Below, one piece after another: positions 8,331 through 17,091 of a stretch of 64,000 nucleotides of DNA (its first letter is position 1; each line of letters starts with the position of its first letter). A model generated the notes under the pieces. It worked only from the letters and a program-made list of their open reading frames with translations, was not told where the DNA came from and made no database searches. Origin of the DNA: an uncultured Clostridia bacterium (GTDB lineage: Bacteria; Bacillota; Clostridia; Christensenellales; UBA1242); NCBI GenBank assembly GCA_944384395.1, contig CALWTD010000007.1, forward strand, positions 3,919 to 67,918, written 5' to 3'. The position numbers and the translations under genes are program-made.

Positions 8331-9041
8331 ATGGATATTTTAGATATAGTGTTATATTCACTAATTGCTTTTGTTGTAATTTTAATTGTTATTGGTTTAG
8401 CAATAGCAAATTTTGCAGGTAAAAATTTAATAACTATTTATAATGAAAATGCTTCGGTTGTTATTGATTTTTACAATACACTTAATTTTGCTAATTTGGT
8501 ATCAAATGGCGAATTTAACGGAGAAATAAAAGCAAGAGTTATTGATGGAATTTTAACTGATAACTATTACAATAAAATTATATCACTATCCCAAAATGTT
8601 GCTTATGCTAATAATGTTTCTGCTTACGCTGTTTGTGCTCACGAACTTGGCCACGCAATTCAATTTAGAGATAATCCAAAAAAAATGAAATCTTTTTCAT
8701 CAAAGCAACTAATTAGTAGAATTTTATCTAAATTTACACTGCCACTTTTTTTAATAGGTATAGTTTGTATTTTTTTTAATATAATATTAGCAGTTTGTAT
8801 ACTTGGTTTTAGTGTTTTAACTTTTATTGTTGGGTTGCTCGCAAAATTAAGTACTATAAAAATAGAAAAAGAAGCATCACAAAATGCAATTATGCTTCTA
8901 CAAAAGTACACTGATTGTGATGATAATATGATTAAAAGAGCAAAAAAAGTGTTATCTGCTGCAAAACTAACATATATTGCATCGTTTTTAAAAAGTGTTC
9001 TTGCATGGACTTTGCTTGTCAATAAATATGATTTTTATTAG
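8331..9041 (+). CDS. YugP-like putative neutral zinc metallopeptidase (membrane), copy 1
   Basis: HELGHAIQ zinc motif, TM segments and C-terminal AKKVLSAAKLTYIA. Paralogous to the next gene. ATG at 8331 taken as the start. Confidence 0.8.
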   Translation: MDILDIVLYSLIAFVVILIVIGLAIANFAGKNLITIYNENASVVIDFYNTLNFANLVSNGEFNGEIKARVIDGILTDNYYNKIISLSQNVAYANNVSAYAVCAHELGHAIQFRDNPKKMKSFSSKQLISRILSKFTLPLFLIGIVCIFFNIILAVCILGFSVLTFIVGLLAKLSTIKIEKEASQNAIMLLQKYTDCDDNMIKRAKKVLSAAKLTYIASFLKSVLAWTLLVNKYDFY

Positions 9042-9052
9042 AGGAGATATTT

Positions 9053-9796
9053 ATGTTTATTTTATTTTCACCTGAATATATTCAATATACTTTACTTGGT
9101 ATAGTTTTATTACCAGGGCTTATTTTTTCAATAATTACAAGTGCGAGAGTAAATTCAACATTTAATAAATACAGCCAAGTTTTATCCAGTAAAGGTTATA
9201 CGGGAGCAATGGTTGCTAAAAAGCTTTTAGAAAGTGAAGGGATTTTTGATGTAGAAGTTATAAAAAACGGAAATATGGAACTTACAGACAACTATAATCC
9301 TGAAACAAAAGTGATATCATTATCAAACAAAGTTTATGATTCAATGAGTATTGCATCACTTGGTGTTGCCGCACATGAAACAGGTCATGCAATTCAGCAC
9401 GCAAAAGGTTATGCACCACTTAAAGTCAGATCGGTGCTAGCAAAAACAAGCACAGTTATCTCTACTTTTGTGTGGCCACTAATTATTATTGGAATAGTTT
9501 TAGATTTTGCGTATATTGGTGGAATTGTAGGCAAAGCATTTTTGTGGGCAGGAGTTGGGTTTTTTTCGCTTAGTTTAATATTTTCACTTGTTACACTTCC
9601 TGTTGAATTGGATGCATCAAAAAGAGCACTTTCGCTTTTGGTTAGTTGTGGTGCTTTAGACGAAATGGAAGTGAAGGGTGCAAAAAAGGTTTTGTCTGCT
9701 GCGGCTATGACTTATGTTGCTGCTATTGTTGTTTCAATATTACAACTTTTAAGATTTGTGTTATTTTTCCTACTAAATTCACGTAGAAGCGATTAA
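9053..9796 (+). CDS. YugP-like putative neutral zinc metallopeptidase (membrane), copy 2
   Basis: AAHETGHAIQHAKGYAPLKVRS..ELDASKRAL..AKKVLSAAAMTYVA. GGAG RBS upstream. Confidence 0.85.
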   Translation: MFILFSPEYIQYTLLGIVLLPGLIFSIITSARVNSTFNKYSQVLSSKGYTGAMVAKKLLESEGIFDVEVIKNGNMELTDNYNPETKVISLSNKVYDSMSIASLGVAAHETGHAIQHAKGYAPLKVRSVLAKTSTVISTFVWPLIIIGIVLDFAYIGGIVGKAFLWAGVGFFSLSLIFSLVTLPVELDASKRALSLLVSCGALDEMEVKGAKKVLSAAAMTYVAAIVVSILQLLRFVLFFLLNSRRSD

Positions 9797-9930
9797 AATT
9801 TTGCCAAGTTAAAATGATAAACACACATAATTGTGTAATTTTATCTATTTTAATTTGGTTTTTTTATTTATGTTTGTATAATATTTTTATAAATAAAAAA
9901 ATTGGATAAACTAAAAAGATGGGGGACATT

Positions 9931-11286
9931 ATGGAAAATATATGGAATAAATATTCTCAAAGCAAATTAAAAAAAATGGAAAGTTTTTGCGATGAATACA
10001 AAGACTTTTTATCACAATGCAAAACAGAAAGAGAGTGTATAAATTTTTTCTCAAATGTTGCAGAAAAAAATGGATATATCAATCTTGAAAAAGCATTAAA
10101 AGAAAATAAAAAACTAAAAGCAGGCGATAAGGTTTATGCTGTAAATATGGGGAAAGCAATGCTACTTATGGTTATTGGTAGTGAACCTATGATTAAGGGT
10201 TTAAATATTATTGGCTCGCACATAGATAGTCCGAGATTAGATTTGAAAGCAACTCCAATATATGAAAATAACGAGCTTTGTTTGTTAGACACTCACTATT
10301 ATGGTGGAATAAAAAAATATCAATGGACAGCATTGCCTCTTGCCATTCATGGAACGGTTGTAAAAAAAGATGGGACGAAAATAAATATTGTTTATGGAGA
10401 AGATGAAAATGATGCAGTAGTTGGAATAACTGATTTATTACCTCATCTTGAAAAATCAAAAGAGAAACTAGAGATAAAAGGCGAAGATTTAAATATTTTA
10501 GTTGGTTCTATTCCAGACAAAACGGCAGAAAAAGATAAAGTAAAAGCAAATATTATAAAAATTTTACAAAATAAAAACATTGATGAAGGCGATTTGTTTT
10601 CTGCTGAACTTGAAATTGTACCAAGTGGAAAAGCTCGTGACTTTGGCTTGGATAAGAGTATGATTATGGGCTATGGTCAAGATGACAGAGTTTGTGCTTT
10701 TACTTCTTTTATGGCTCTTATGGAAGTTGATAAACCAAAAACAACTGCACTTTGTCTACTTGTCGACAAGGAAGAAATTGGAAGTGTTGGTGCTACTGCA
10801 ATGAATAGCAAATTCTATGAAAATTCTATTGCTGAAATTATGAATCTTTGTGGTCAATATGATGAACTTAGTATGCGCAGAGCATTAAATAAAAGCAAAA
10901 TGTTATCAAGCGATGTTACTGCTGCATTTGATCCAAACTATCCAACTCCTATGAATGAAAAAACTGATGCACATCTCGCAAGGGGTATATCTTTTAATAA
11001 ATATACAGGAAGCAGAGGAAAGTCAGAAGCAAACGACGCTAACCCTGAATTTATTGCAAAACTAAGAAATGTTTTAGATGAAAATAAAGTATTTTATCAA
11101 GCCACAGAAATGGGTAAAGTCGACGCAGGTGGTGGTGGAACAATAGCATACATTATGGCAGGGTATGGAATGGAAGTTATTGATTCGGGTGTTCCACTAC
11201 TCAATATGCACGCTCCTTGGGAAATAAGTTGCAAAGTAGATGTATATGAAAGTTATCTTTGCTATAGAGCATTTTATAAATTATAA
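9931..11286 (+). CDS. M18-family aminopeptidase
   Basis: IIGSHIDSPRLDLK, GYGQDDRVCAF, VDKEEIGSVGATA, AGGGGTIAY and PLLNMHAPWE motifs. The ATG at 9931 follows GGGGGA; 9919 is an alternative start. Confidence 0.8.
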   Translation: MENIWNKYSQSKLKKMESFCDEYKDFLSQCKTERECINFFSNVAEKNGYINLEKALKENKKLKAGDKVYAVNMGKAMLLMVIGSEPMIKGLNIIGSHIDSPRLDLKATPIYENNELCLLDTHYYGGIKKYQWTALPLAIHGTVVKKDGTKINIVYGEDENDAVVGITDLLPHLEKSKEKLEIKGEDLNILVGSIPDKTAEKDKVKANIIKILQNKNIDEGDLFSAELEIVPSGKARDFGLDKSMIMGYGQDDRVCAFTSFMALMEVDKPKTTALCLLVDKEEIGSVGATAMNSKFYENSIAEIMNLCGQYDELSMRRALNKSKMLSSDVTAAFDPNYPTPMNEKTDAHLARGISFNKYTGSRGKSEANDANPEFIAKLRNVLDENKVFYQATEMGKVDAGGGGTIAYIMAGYGMEVIDSGVPLLNMHAPWEISCKVDVYESYLCYRAFYKL

Positions 11287-11287
11287 T

Positions 11288-11322
11288 AAAAATCCACAGA
11301 TAAAAAACCTGTGGATTTTTAT
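11288..11322. terminator. Bidirectional terminator between convergent genes
   Basis: Hairpin AAATCCACAG/CTGTGGATTT with an A-run before and a T-run after. Confidence 0.75.
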
Positions 11323-11333
11323 TACAAAAAAAA

Positions 11334-11531
11334 TTATTCAACGCCTAAAAGTTCATCTAATGTTACATCATAGATTTTTGATAATTTTATTAAATTTTCG
11401 TATTCTGGTCTAGTTTTGTCGTTTTCCCAACTAGATATATTAGTTTGGTCAATGCCAATCATCTTTGCAACTTCTACTTGTGTTAAGTTGTTTTCTAGCC
11501 TATATTTTTTAAATCTCTTTCCAAATTCCAT
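11334..11531 (-). CDS. XRE-family HTH transcriptional regulator (small)
   Basis: MEFGKRFKKYRLENNLTQVEVAKMIGIDQTNISSWENDKTRPEYENLIKLSKIYDVTLDELLG. Confidence 0.85.
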   Translation of the reverse strand: MEFGKRFKKYRLENNLTQVEVAKMIGIDQTNISSWENDKTRPEYENLIKLSKIYDVTLDELLGVE

Positions 11532-11660
11532 AATTAATTTCCGTATCATTAGTATATACAACTTATAAAAAATCTTTATTTTTTATGAGCATTACCTATA
11601 TTTCTTGTCATATTTTATCAAATAATTGGTTATTTTGTCGTATTTTGTTATTTTATATGT

Positions 11661-13187
11661 GTGAATTGGAAAGTAATTTTATTTGTTATAGCAGGAGTTG
11701 TTGTTGTAACTATTGTCAGTGTAGTTACAATTATTTTCGTTACAAATAAAATAGACAATGTCGATGGTGATAACAGCACAGAAAATAAAAATTATGATAT
11801 AGAAATTATATGTGATGAAGAAATAAAAATCAATATTGACGATGAACCAATAAAATTAGTTTATGAAATAAAAAATATTTATAATATTGATTACACATTA
11901 AAAATAGAAGTTGATAACACAAACATTGAAATAAATAATGATTATATAAAACCATTAAATGTTGGAACTAGTAAAATTACTATATCTGTTTATACAAAAA
12001 CACAAATATTTTCAAAAATAATTAAAGTAGAAGTGGTAAAATCATTTAGCAGTGCAACATTAAAAATTTTAAATATCAACAAACAAGAAGTTGATAAAGT
12101 TTTTGTTTCTGAAAACTATTATTTAGAAATTACATTAAACGAAATTATAGAAGAAGAATTTTCATTATTTACATCTGAAAATATTTCAAATTTGTCAATT
12201 GAAGAAAAAACTAATACAAAATTAACATTTAGTTTTTATGTGTCAAGTTATCAGGAAACAATATTTGAATTTGTTTATAAAAATTATTCAAATAAAATAT
12301 GTTTAAATTGTTATGAATATATAAATGATTTTGAAGTTACTTTTTCTAATTGTTTTAATAATAACACATTAAATTTATTTATATTTAATGAAAATTATAC
12401 AGATGTTGCCAATAATGATAATTATTATTCTTTTTCACAATTATTTATTGATGTAAACGAAAATTGTTTAAATGATTATATTGTATCAGTTGATAATTGC
12501 GAAGTCGCTGATATTGTAGACAACAAAATAGTTGCAAAAAAGAATGGCAGTTGCATTTTAAAGGTAATTGCAAATGATGGCTCTAATTATTGTGAAGAAT
12601 ATAGTATTGTTGTTGATATTGTAAAGGTAAATAATGTTGATATTATTTTTGATAATGATGATATTTATGTTGGAGATAAAGTCACAATAAATTTTGCGTT
12701 TTCTCCTATTTATGCATTATGCGATTTGTATCTATATAGTGATAATAATTTTATTATTGATAAGAATACAATTACTCCTTTAAAATCGGGACATTATGTT
12801 TTATACGTAAAAGATAATTTATCAAATTATATAAGAAGTTTTGAAATTGATGTAAAAGAACATTTATCTTATTATTTTGAATTACAAATAAACGAATCGT
12901 TTTTAACTGAAAACAATGCAACATTTATAGATAATGTTTTAACAATAAATAACAATAGTGAGCATGTTATTATTCCAATGAGTTACATATGTGTTGTTGA
13001 AAACAACCCAGATATTGACATAGATTGTAATATAGATTTGATTTGTTCAAATGAAATAAATTGTAGTTATGTTTCTTATTCTAATGCTGTTATTTTTGAA
13101 ATATATGGTACAGGAGAAATTGATGTTAAATTGAGTTTAATAGAGAATAGTGAAATATATTGCAGTTTTAAAATTATAATAATTTAA
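11661..13187 (+). CDS. Membrane-anchored surface protein with Ig-like (Big_2-like) repeats
   Basis: GTG start and an N-terminal TM segment (VILFVIAGVVVVTIVSVVTIIFV). Repeated motifs LNVGTSKITISV, KKNGSCILKVIAND and LKSGHYVLYVKD. Confidence 0.55.
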   Translation: MNWKVILFVIAGVVVVTIVSVVTIIFVTNKIDNVDGDNSTENKNYDIEIICDEEIKINIDDEPIKLVYEIKNIYNIDYTLKIEVDNTNIEINNDYIKPLNVGTSKITISVYTKTQIFSKIIKVEVVKSFSSATLKILNINKQEVDKVFVSENYYLEITLNEIIEEEFSLFTSENISNLSIEEKTNTKLTFSFYVSSYQETIFEFVYKNYSNKICLNCYEYINDFEVTFSNCFNNNTLNLFIFNENYTDVANNDNYYSFSQLFIDVNENCLNDYIVSVDNCEVADIVDNKIVAKKNGSCILKVIANDGSNYCEEYSIVVDIVKVNNVDIIFDNDDIYVGDKVTINFAFSPIYALCDLYLYSDNNFIIDKNTITPLKSGHYVLYVKDNLSNYIRSFEIDVKEHLSYYFELQINESFLTENNATFIDNVLTINNNSEHVIIPMSYICVVENNPDIDIDCNIDLICSNEINCSYVSYSNAVIFEIYGTGEIDVKLSLIENSEIYCSFKIIII

Positions 13188-13206
13188 TATAAATCTATTT
13201 TATTTA

Positions 13207-13235
13207 TTGACAACTTTATTTTGTTTTGATAACAT
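13207..13235 (+). promoter_or_regulatory. Promoter of tRNA-Trp
   Basis: TTGACA (13207-13212), a 17-nt spacer, then TAACAT (13230-13235). Confidence 0.5.
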
Positions 13236-13258
13236 ATCAAGGCAAATAAGTTGAATAT

Positions 13259-13332
13259 AGGGGTGTAGTTCATCGGTAGAATAAGAGTCTCCAAAACTCC
13301 AGAGGAGGGTTCGATTCCTTCCACCCCTGCCA
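13259..13332 (+). tRNA. tRNA-Trp (anticodon CCA)
   Basis: AGGGGTG-TA-GTTC..GAAT-A-AGAGT-CTCCAAA-ACTCC-..GAGGG-TTCGATT-CCTTC-CACCCCT-G-CCA. Close to the E. coli tRNA-Trp layout. Confidence 0.9.
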
Positions 13333-13337
13333 AAAAA

Positions 13338-13362
13338 ACGCCAGAGAATATCTGGCGTTTTT
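13338..13362 (+). terminator. Rho-independent terminator after tRNA-Trp
   Basis: Hairpin ACGCCAGA/TCTGGCGT followed by TTTTT. Confidence 0.8.
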
Positions 13363-13514
13363 AGATTTAATTTAAATATGGGTTATTGAAATTAAATCTA
13401 AATTATTTTTTGGGGTGTTGTAATTTTATAATTTTAATTATTACAACACCCGCTATATTATAAGTAGATATTTATGTTAAAGGGGATAATATTTTATATC
13501 TACTGATAATAACA

Positions 13515-14228
13515 TTATGAATGATTGTTATTCAAGTTAAGATAAATTTTATCAAGTATAAAATTTGCAACTTCTTTAATAGAAGGTGCTTTTTTTGTTT
13601 TTGAAATATTATAAAACAAATTTTTATTTTGGCAGGACTGGTATGCTCTTAAAATACAAAACCTTATAGATTTTTCAATACTATATGATGAAGTATTATA
13701 TTTTAGCGCCAATTTGTCATATGTACTATTACATTTTCCATGTGAAATTGAACTGTTTGCATACAATTCATAGATTAAATCTGCCATATATTTTGAACCT
13801 ATTAGTTTTGAACGAAAGGATAAATTGTCTAGTTCATTGTGTACAATTTTATAGCAGAGTGTTTGGTTTTGTTCATCAATAATGTTATGGTTAGAAAAAC
13901 ATCTATAATGATTTGATAAAACTATTTCTAAATTTTTAAAATTTTCTACAATAAATGTGTGATTGTTTCCTAATGATAAAAAGTTTTTATTTAATAAATA
14001 TATAAATGCATTTTTGTTATGAGTTGCAAAATCTTCTAAAATATTTTGGTTTAAATTTACATTACCATCAAATATAACATACATAGGAGAAATTTTTTCC
14101 ATTATATATGCAAGTATGTCAAGTTTATCACATTCAAAAATATGTAATTTAAGTTTTGTACAAATGTCAAAAATTTCTTTGCAATTACATTTCTCTTTGT
14201 GATAATAAACTACTGAATTCTGATTCAT
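13515..14228 (-). CDS. Spo0A-C-like DNA-binding protein with a degenerate (pseudo-)receiver N-terminus
   Basis: The C-terminus YDKLALKYNTSSYSIEKSIRFCILRAYQS..KTKKAPSIKEVANFILDKI aligns by eye with B. subtilis Spo0A [45 protein letters not shown]. The N-terminus lacks the DD acidic pocket. Confidence 0.6.
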   Translation of the reverse strand: MNQNSVVYYHKEKCNCKEIFDICTKLKLHIFECDKLDILAYIMEKISPMYVIFDGNVNLNQNILEDFATHNKNAFIYLLNKNFLSLGNNHTFIVENFKNLEIVLSNHYRCFSNHNIIDEQNQTLCYKIVHNELDNLSFRSKLIGSKYMADLIYELYANSSISHGKCNSTYDKLALKYNTSSYSIEKSIRFCILRAYQSCQNKNLFYNISKTKKAPSIKEVANFILDKIYLNLNNNHS

Positions 14229-14302
14229 AAATATTACTTTTTCCTTTTGTATGTCAGTATTGTAGCATTTTACAAAAAATTAGTCAACAAAAAAAATGAT
14301 AT

Positions 14303-14405
14303 TTTTACAAAAATTTGCAAAAATGTTTAATATTGTACAAAAGTATAAATTTAAAAATATAATTCACAAAAAGTTTTGCTAAAAATTTTAGTATTGCAAA
14401 AGTAT
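14303..14405 (+). repeat. Imperfect ~44-bp direct repeat in a divergent promoter region
   Basis: 14303-14346 is TTTTACAAAAATTTGCAAAAATGTTTAATATTGTACAAAAGTAT. 14362-14405 is ATTCACAAAAAGTTTTGCTAAAAATTTTAGTATTGCAAAAGTAT. A third TTTTACAAAAAATT box is at about 14268. Confidence 0.7.
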
Positions 14406-14422
14406 CATTGCTGTGTTATAAT
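14394..14422 (+). promoter_or_regulatory. Extended -10 promoter of 14439..15518
   Basis: TTGCAA (14394-14399), a 17-nt spacer, then TG-n-TATAAT (14414-14422). It overlaps repeat copy 2. Confidence 0.65.
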
Positions 14423-14438
14423 GCTACTGAGGTGAAAA

Positions 14439-15518
14439 ATGGCAAGTAAAAAAACAAAAAAAATTCTTATATCTTTGGGGGTAATTGGTACACTTGCAGC
14501 GGCAGCGGCTGTTACAATTGGTGCCATGAATGGTAACATCTTTGGTCAAAATAATGAACCACAACAACTTGCTCAAGTTTTACGAGTTGATTATGATAAC
14601 AAAGATTTCTTACTTTCTTGGGATACGGTTGAACACGCTGATTCTTATAATGTTTCAATAAATGGTGAAAAACAAGTTGTTACAGAAAACACAATTTTTT
14701 ATGTACCAACAGAGCAAACAACTGAATTTAAAATTCAAGCATTAGATTCAACTGGAGAATATAAAAGTTCAAATTGGTCGAGTGCCTTAACTTATAATAT
14801 ACCAGAGAACGAAGTGTCTTATGCGTCTGTTAATGCTTTCGTTTCAACTATGATGCCTAGTGATTATAAATTAGTGAAACTTATAAACATTAGCATTGAT
14901 AGCAACGATAATAAAACATATACAAATGCTGTGTTTAAAAGAGACGGAAAACTGAGTGTTTATGAACTGCGTACTAGTTACAACACTGAAATAAATTCAT
15001 TAAAAGATGCTATTGAAATTGAAAATGCTGGAACAAGAATTTTAGATTATTATGACATAGCAAATTATGATTCAGCAAATAGTTTACTTAAATCAAACTC
15101 ATATGTTGGACAAATGGAAGAATATAGACAACAAGGATATAAATTTGAGGTTGTTTCACAACAGGTTGGTAAAACATATAATGATGGTAGTGTTTTTAAT
15201 ATTTATGCAACATACAAATTGACAAGGGATAGTGAAAAAATATACGTAAATAGTATGATAACTTCAGTAATTGAATCTTTAAGTCCAAATGAAAAAACAA
15301 ACTACACAACAAGAGTGGAAAACGCAGAAGACAGAATTTTATATGAAAAATACTTCAAAGTTCTTTCGGGCGATGAAATAAATGTTGCAAAAGATATGGA
15401 AGAAGCAAATGTTCCTCTTACTTTTGATGTTGAAAATACATCTGAAAATAATTTTGTAGATGCAAATAGACAAAATTCTTATTATACATATTCAAGTGAT
15501 GATGATTACAGTTTATGA
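14439..15518 (+). CDS. Membrane-anchored extracellular protein (FN3-like segment)
   Basis: N-terminal KKTKKILISLGVIGTLAAAAAVTIGA anchor. FLLSWDTVEHADSYNVSINGEKQ is FN3-like. GAGGTG RBS upstream and a TGA stop. Confidence 0.6.
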   Translation: MASKKTKKILISLGVIGTLAAAAAVTIGAMNGNIFGQNNEPQQLAQVLRVDYDNKDFLLSWDTVEHADSYNVSINGEKQVVTENTIFYVPTEQTTEFKIQALDSTGEYKSSNWSSALTYNIPENEVSYASVNAFVSTMMPSDYKLVKLINISIDSNDNKTYTNAVFKRDGKLSVYELRTSYNTEINSLKDAIEIENAGTRILDYYDIANYDSANSLLKSNSYVGQMEEYRQQGYKFEVVSQQVGKTYNDGSVFNIYATYKLTRDSEKIYVNSMITSVIESLSPNEKTNYTTRVENAEDRILYEKYFKVLSGDEINVAKDMEEANVPLTFDVENTSENNFVDANRQNSYYTYSSDDDYSL

Positions 15519-16150
15519 GAAAAGAATGTATTTTATTGTCAGACAATTTAATGCTTGCTTGTCAAATTAGAGATATTGGAAAAAATCACAATGTTTGTGT
15601 GACTACTTGTAAATATATATTTGAGATGCTTCAAAAATTTAATGAAGGTGCAAATGCAGTTTTAATTGATAAAGAAATAAAATATGAAAATTTGCAAGAA
15701 TATGTCAGTGATTTGGTTTTAAACAAAGTTTATTTTTTAAATAATGACAAAGTTTATAATTTTAAAAATGAAAAGATGTTTGAAAATGTTGATGATTTTT
15801 TTGATAGTAAAATTTTTGAACATATAATCAACAAAAAATCATCTTTAAATTTTGAAGGACAAGTGAATAACAAACTAAGCAATCTTAATATTGTTATGAA
15901 TTCATGGAAAGCAAGATTTATAAAATACATACTTTGTGAAATGAGAAATCGAAATGAAAAGCATGTGAATAGAGAAATAATAGAAACGGTTGGTGCTAGC
16001 AAAGAAGTTGAATGTAAACACATATACGATTCGTTGAGGCCAACACTAAAAGAATTTGTTACAAAGTTGGAACAAAAGACACATAAAACATACGAAAAAA
16101 CAAAAGTTAGACAAATGATAGATTTATTATATAATTATGTTTTTGACTAA
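15515..16150 (+). CDS. Second, more divergent Spo0A-C-like/pseudo-receiver protein
   Basis: ATGA overlap with the upstream gene. LSNLNIVMNSWKARFIKYIL..IIETVGASKEVECKHIYDSLRPTLKEF..KTKVRQMIDLLYNYV follows the Spo0A-C helix pattern, a weaker match than 13515..14228. Confidence 0.45.
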   Translation: MRKECILLSDNLMLACQIRDIGKNHNVCVTTCKYIFEMLQKFNEGANAVLIDKEIKYENLQEYVSDLVLNKVYFLNNDKVYNFKNEKMFENVDDFFDSKIFEHIINKKSSLNFEGQVNNKLSNLNIVMNSWKARFIKYILCEMRNRNEKHVNREIIETVGASKEVECKHIYDSLRPTLKEFVTKLEQKTHKTYEKTKVRQMIDLLYNYVFD

Positions 16151-16191
16151 GTAGCCAAGGTTTTGGCTATTTTTTCAACAATAAAATAAAA

Positions 16192-17091
16192 ATGACATAT
16201 ATAACTTATATGTTGGAATTTTTTAATAAATTTAATTTTATACAAAGTGAAAACTTAAGCAAACATTGTACAATGCGAGTCGGAGGCAATGCCCAATATT
16301 ATATAGAGCCTATAAACAGTGAACAACTTGTTGAGATTGTGAAAAATTGCGTTAAGTACAAGATTGATTATTTTATTTTGGGAAATGGAAGTAATGTTAT
16401 TTTTAAAGATAATGGTTTTAGTGGAGTTGTTATATGCACTAAAAGACTTCAAGATATCAAAGTAAAAAAAAATATTATTATTGCAGATAGTGGGACTAAT
16501 CTATATGTCTTAAACAAAATTGCACAAGAAAATGGGCTTGGTGGAAGTGAATGGAGTTATGGTATTCCTGGAAGTCTTGGTGGAGCAGTTTGTATGAACG
16601 CAGGGGCATATGGTGGGCAAATGCGGGACATTGTTTTAAAGATAAAAGTGTTTGATGGTAAAAAAATAAAAATTTTGTATAATAACGAACTTCAAATGAG
16701 TTATAGAGATAGTATTGTAAAGAAAAAAAAGTACATAGTTTTAAAAGTTTGGATAAAATTAAAAAAAGACGATAAACAAAAAATTAAAGAAAAACAAATT
16801 GAATATTTAAATAAAAGACGGCTTAGCCAACCACTTGAAATGTATAATAGTGGAAGTATATTTAAAAAAGTAAAGGATATAAGTGCAGGCAAAATAATTG
16901 ACAATCTGGGTCTTAAAGGTGTTATATTAAATGGAGCACAAATTTCTAAATTACACGCTAATTTTATTGTGAATTTGAGTAGTGCCAAGGCAAAAGATAT
17001 AGAAAATCTAATAAAAATTATAAAAGAAAAGGTAAAAGAAAAAACAAATATAAACTTAGAAGAAGAAGTTTTATTTATAGGAGATGAATAA
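16192..17091 (+). CDS. murB: UDP-N-acetylenolpyruvoylglucosamine reductase
   Basis: MRVGGNAQYY..ILGNGSNVIF..GIPGSLGGAVCMNAGAYGG..SYRDS..SGSIFK..AGKIID..GLKG motifs. Confidence 0.9.
   Translation: MTYITYMLEFFNKFNFIQSENLSKHCTMRVGGNAQYYIEPINSEQLVEIVKNCVKYKIDYFILGNGSNVIFKDNGFSGVVICTKRLQDIKVKKNIIIADSGTNLYVLNKIAQENGLGGSEWSYGIPGSLGGAVCMNAGAYGGQMRDIVLKIKVFDGKKIKILYNNELQMSYRDSIVKKKKYIVLKVWIKLKKDDKQKIKEKQIEYLNKRRLSQPLEMYNSGSIFKKVKDISAGKIIDNLGLKGVILNGAQISKLHANFIVNLSSAKAKDIENLIKIIKEKVKEKTNINLEEEVLFIGDE

Noticed and set aside
11288-11322. ATCCACA strings at 11291-11299 and 36921-36927 as DnaA boxes
   Set aside because: Both are halves of terminator hairpins (ATCCACAG/CTGTGGAT and ATATCCA/TGGATAT) directly followed by T-runs. 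They are isolated and not clustered.
13363-13514. Three long AT-rich hairpins downstream of tRNA-Trp (AGATTTAATTT/AAATTAAATCT, GGGTGTTGTAAT/ATTACAACACCC, AGTAGATAT/ATATCTACT) as an att site or ncRNA
   Set aside because: There is no flanking integrase or direct repeat of the tRNA 3' end. They are most simply stacked terminators or spacer structure between convergent transcription units. Low confidence either way.
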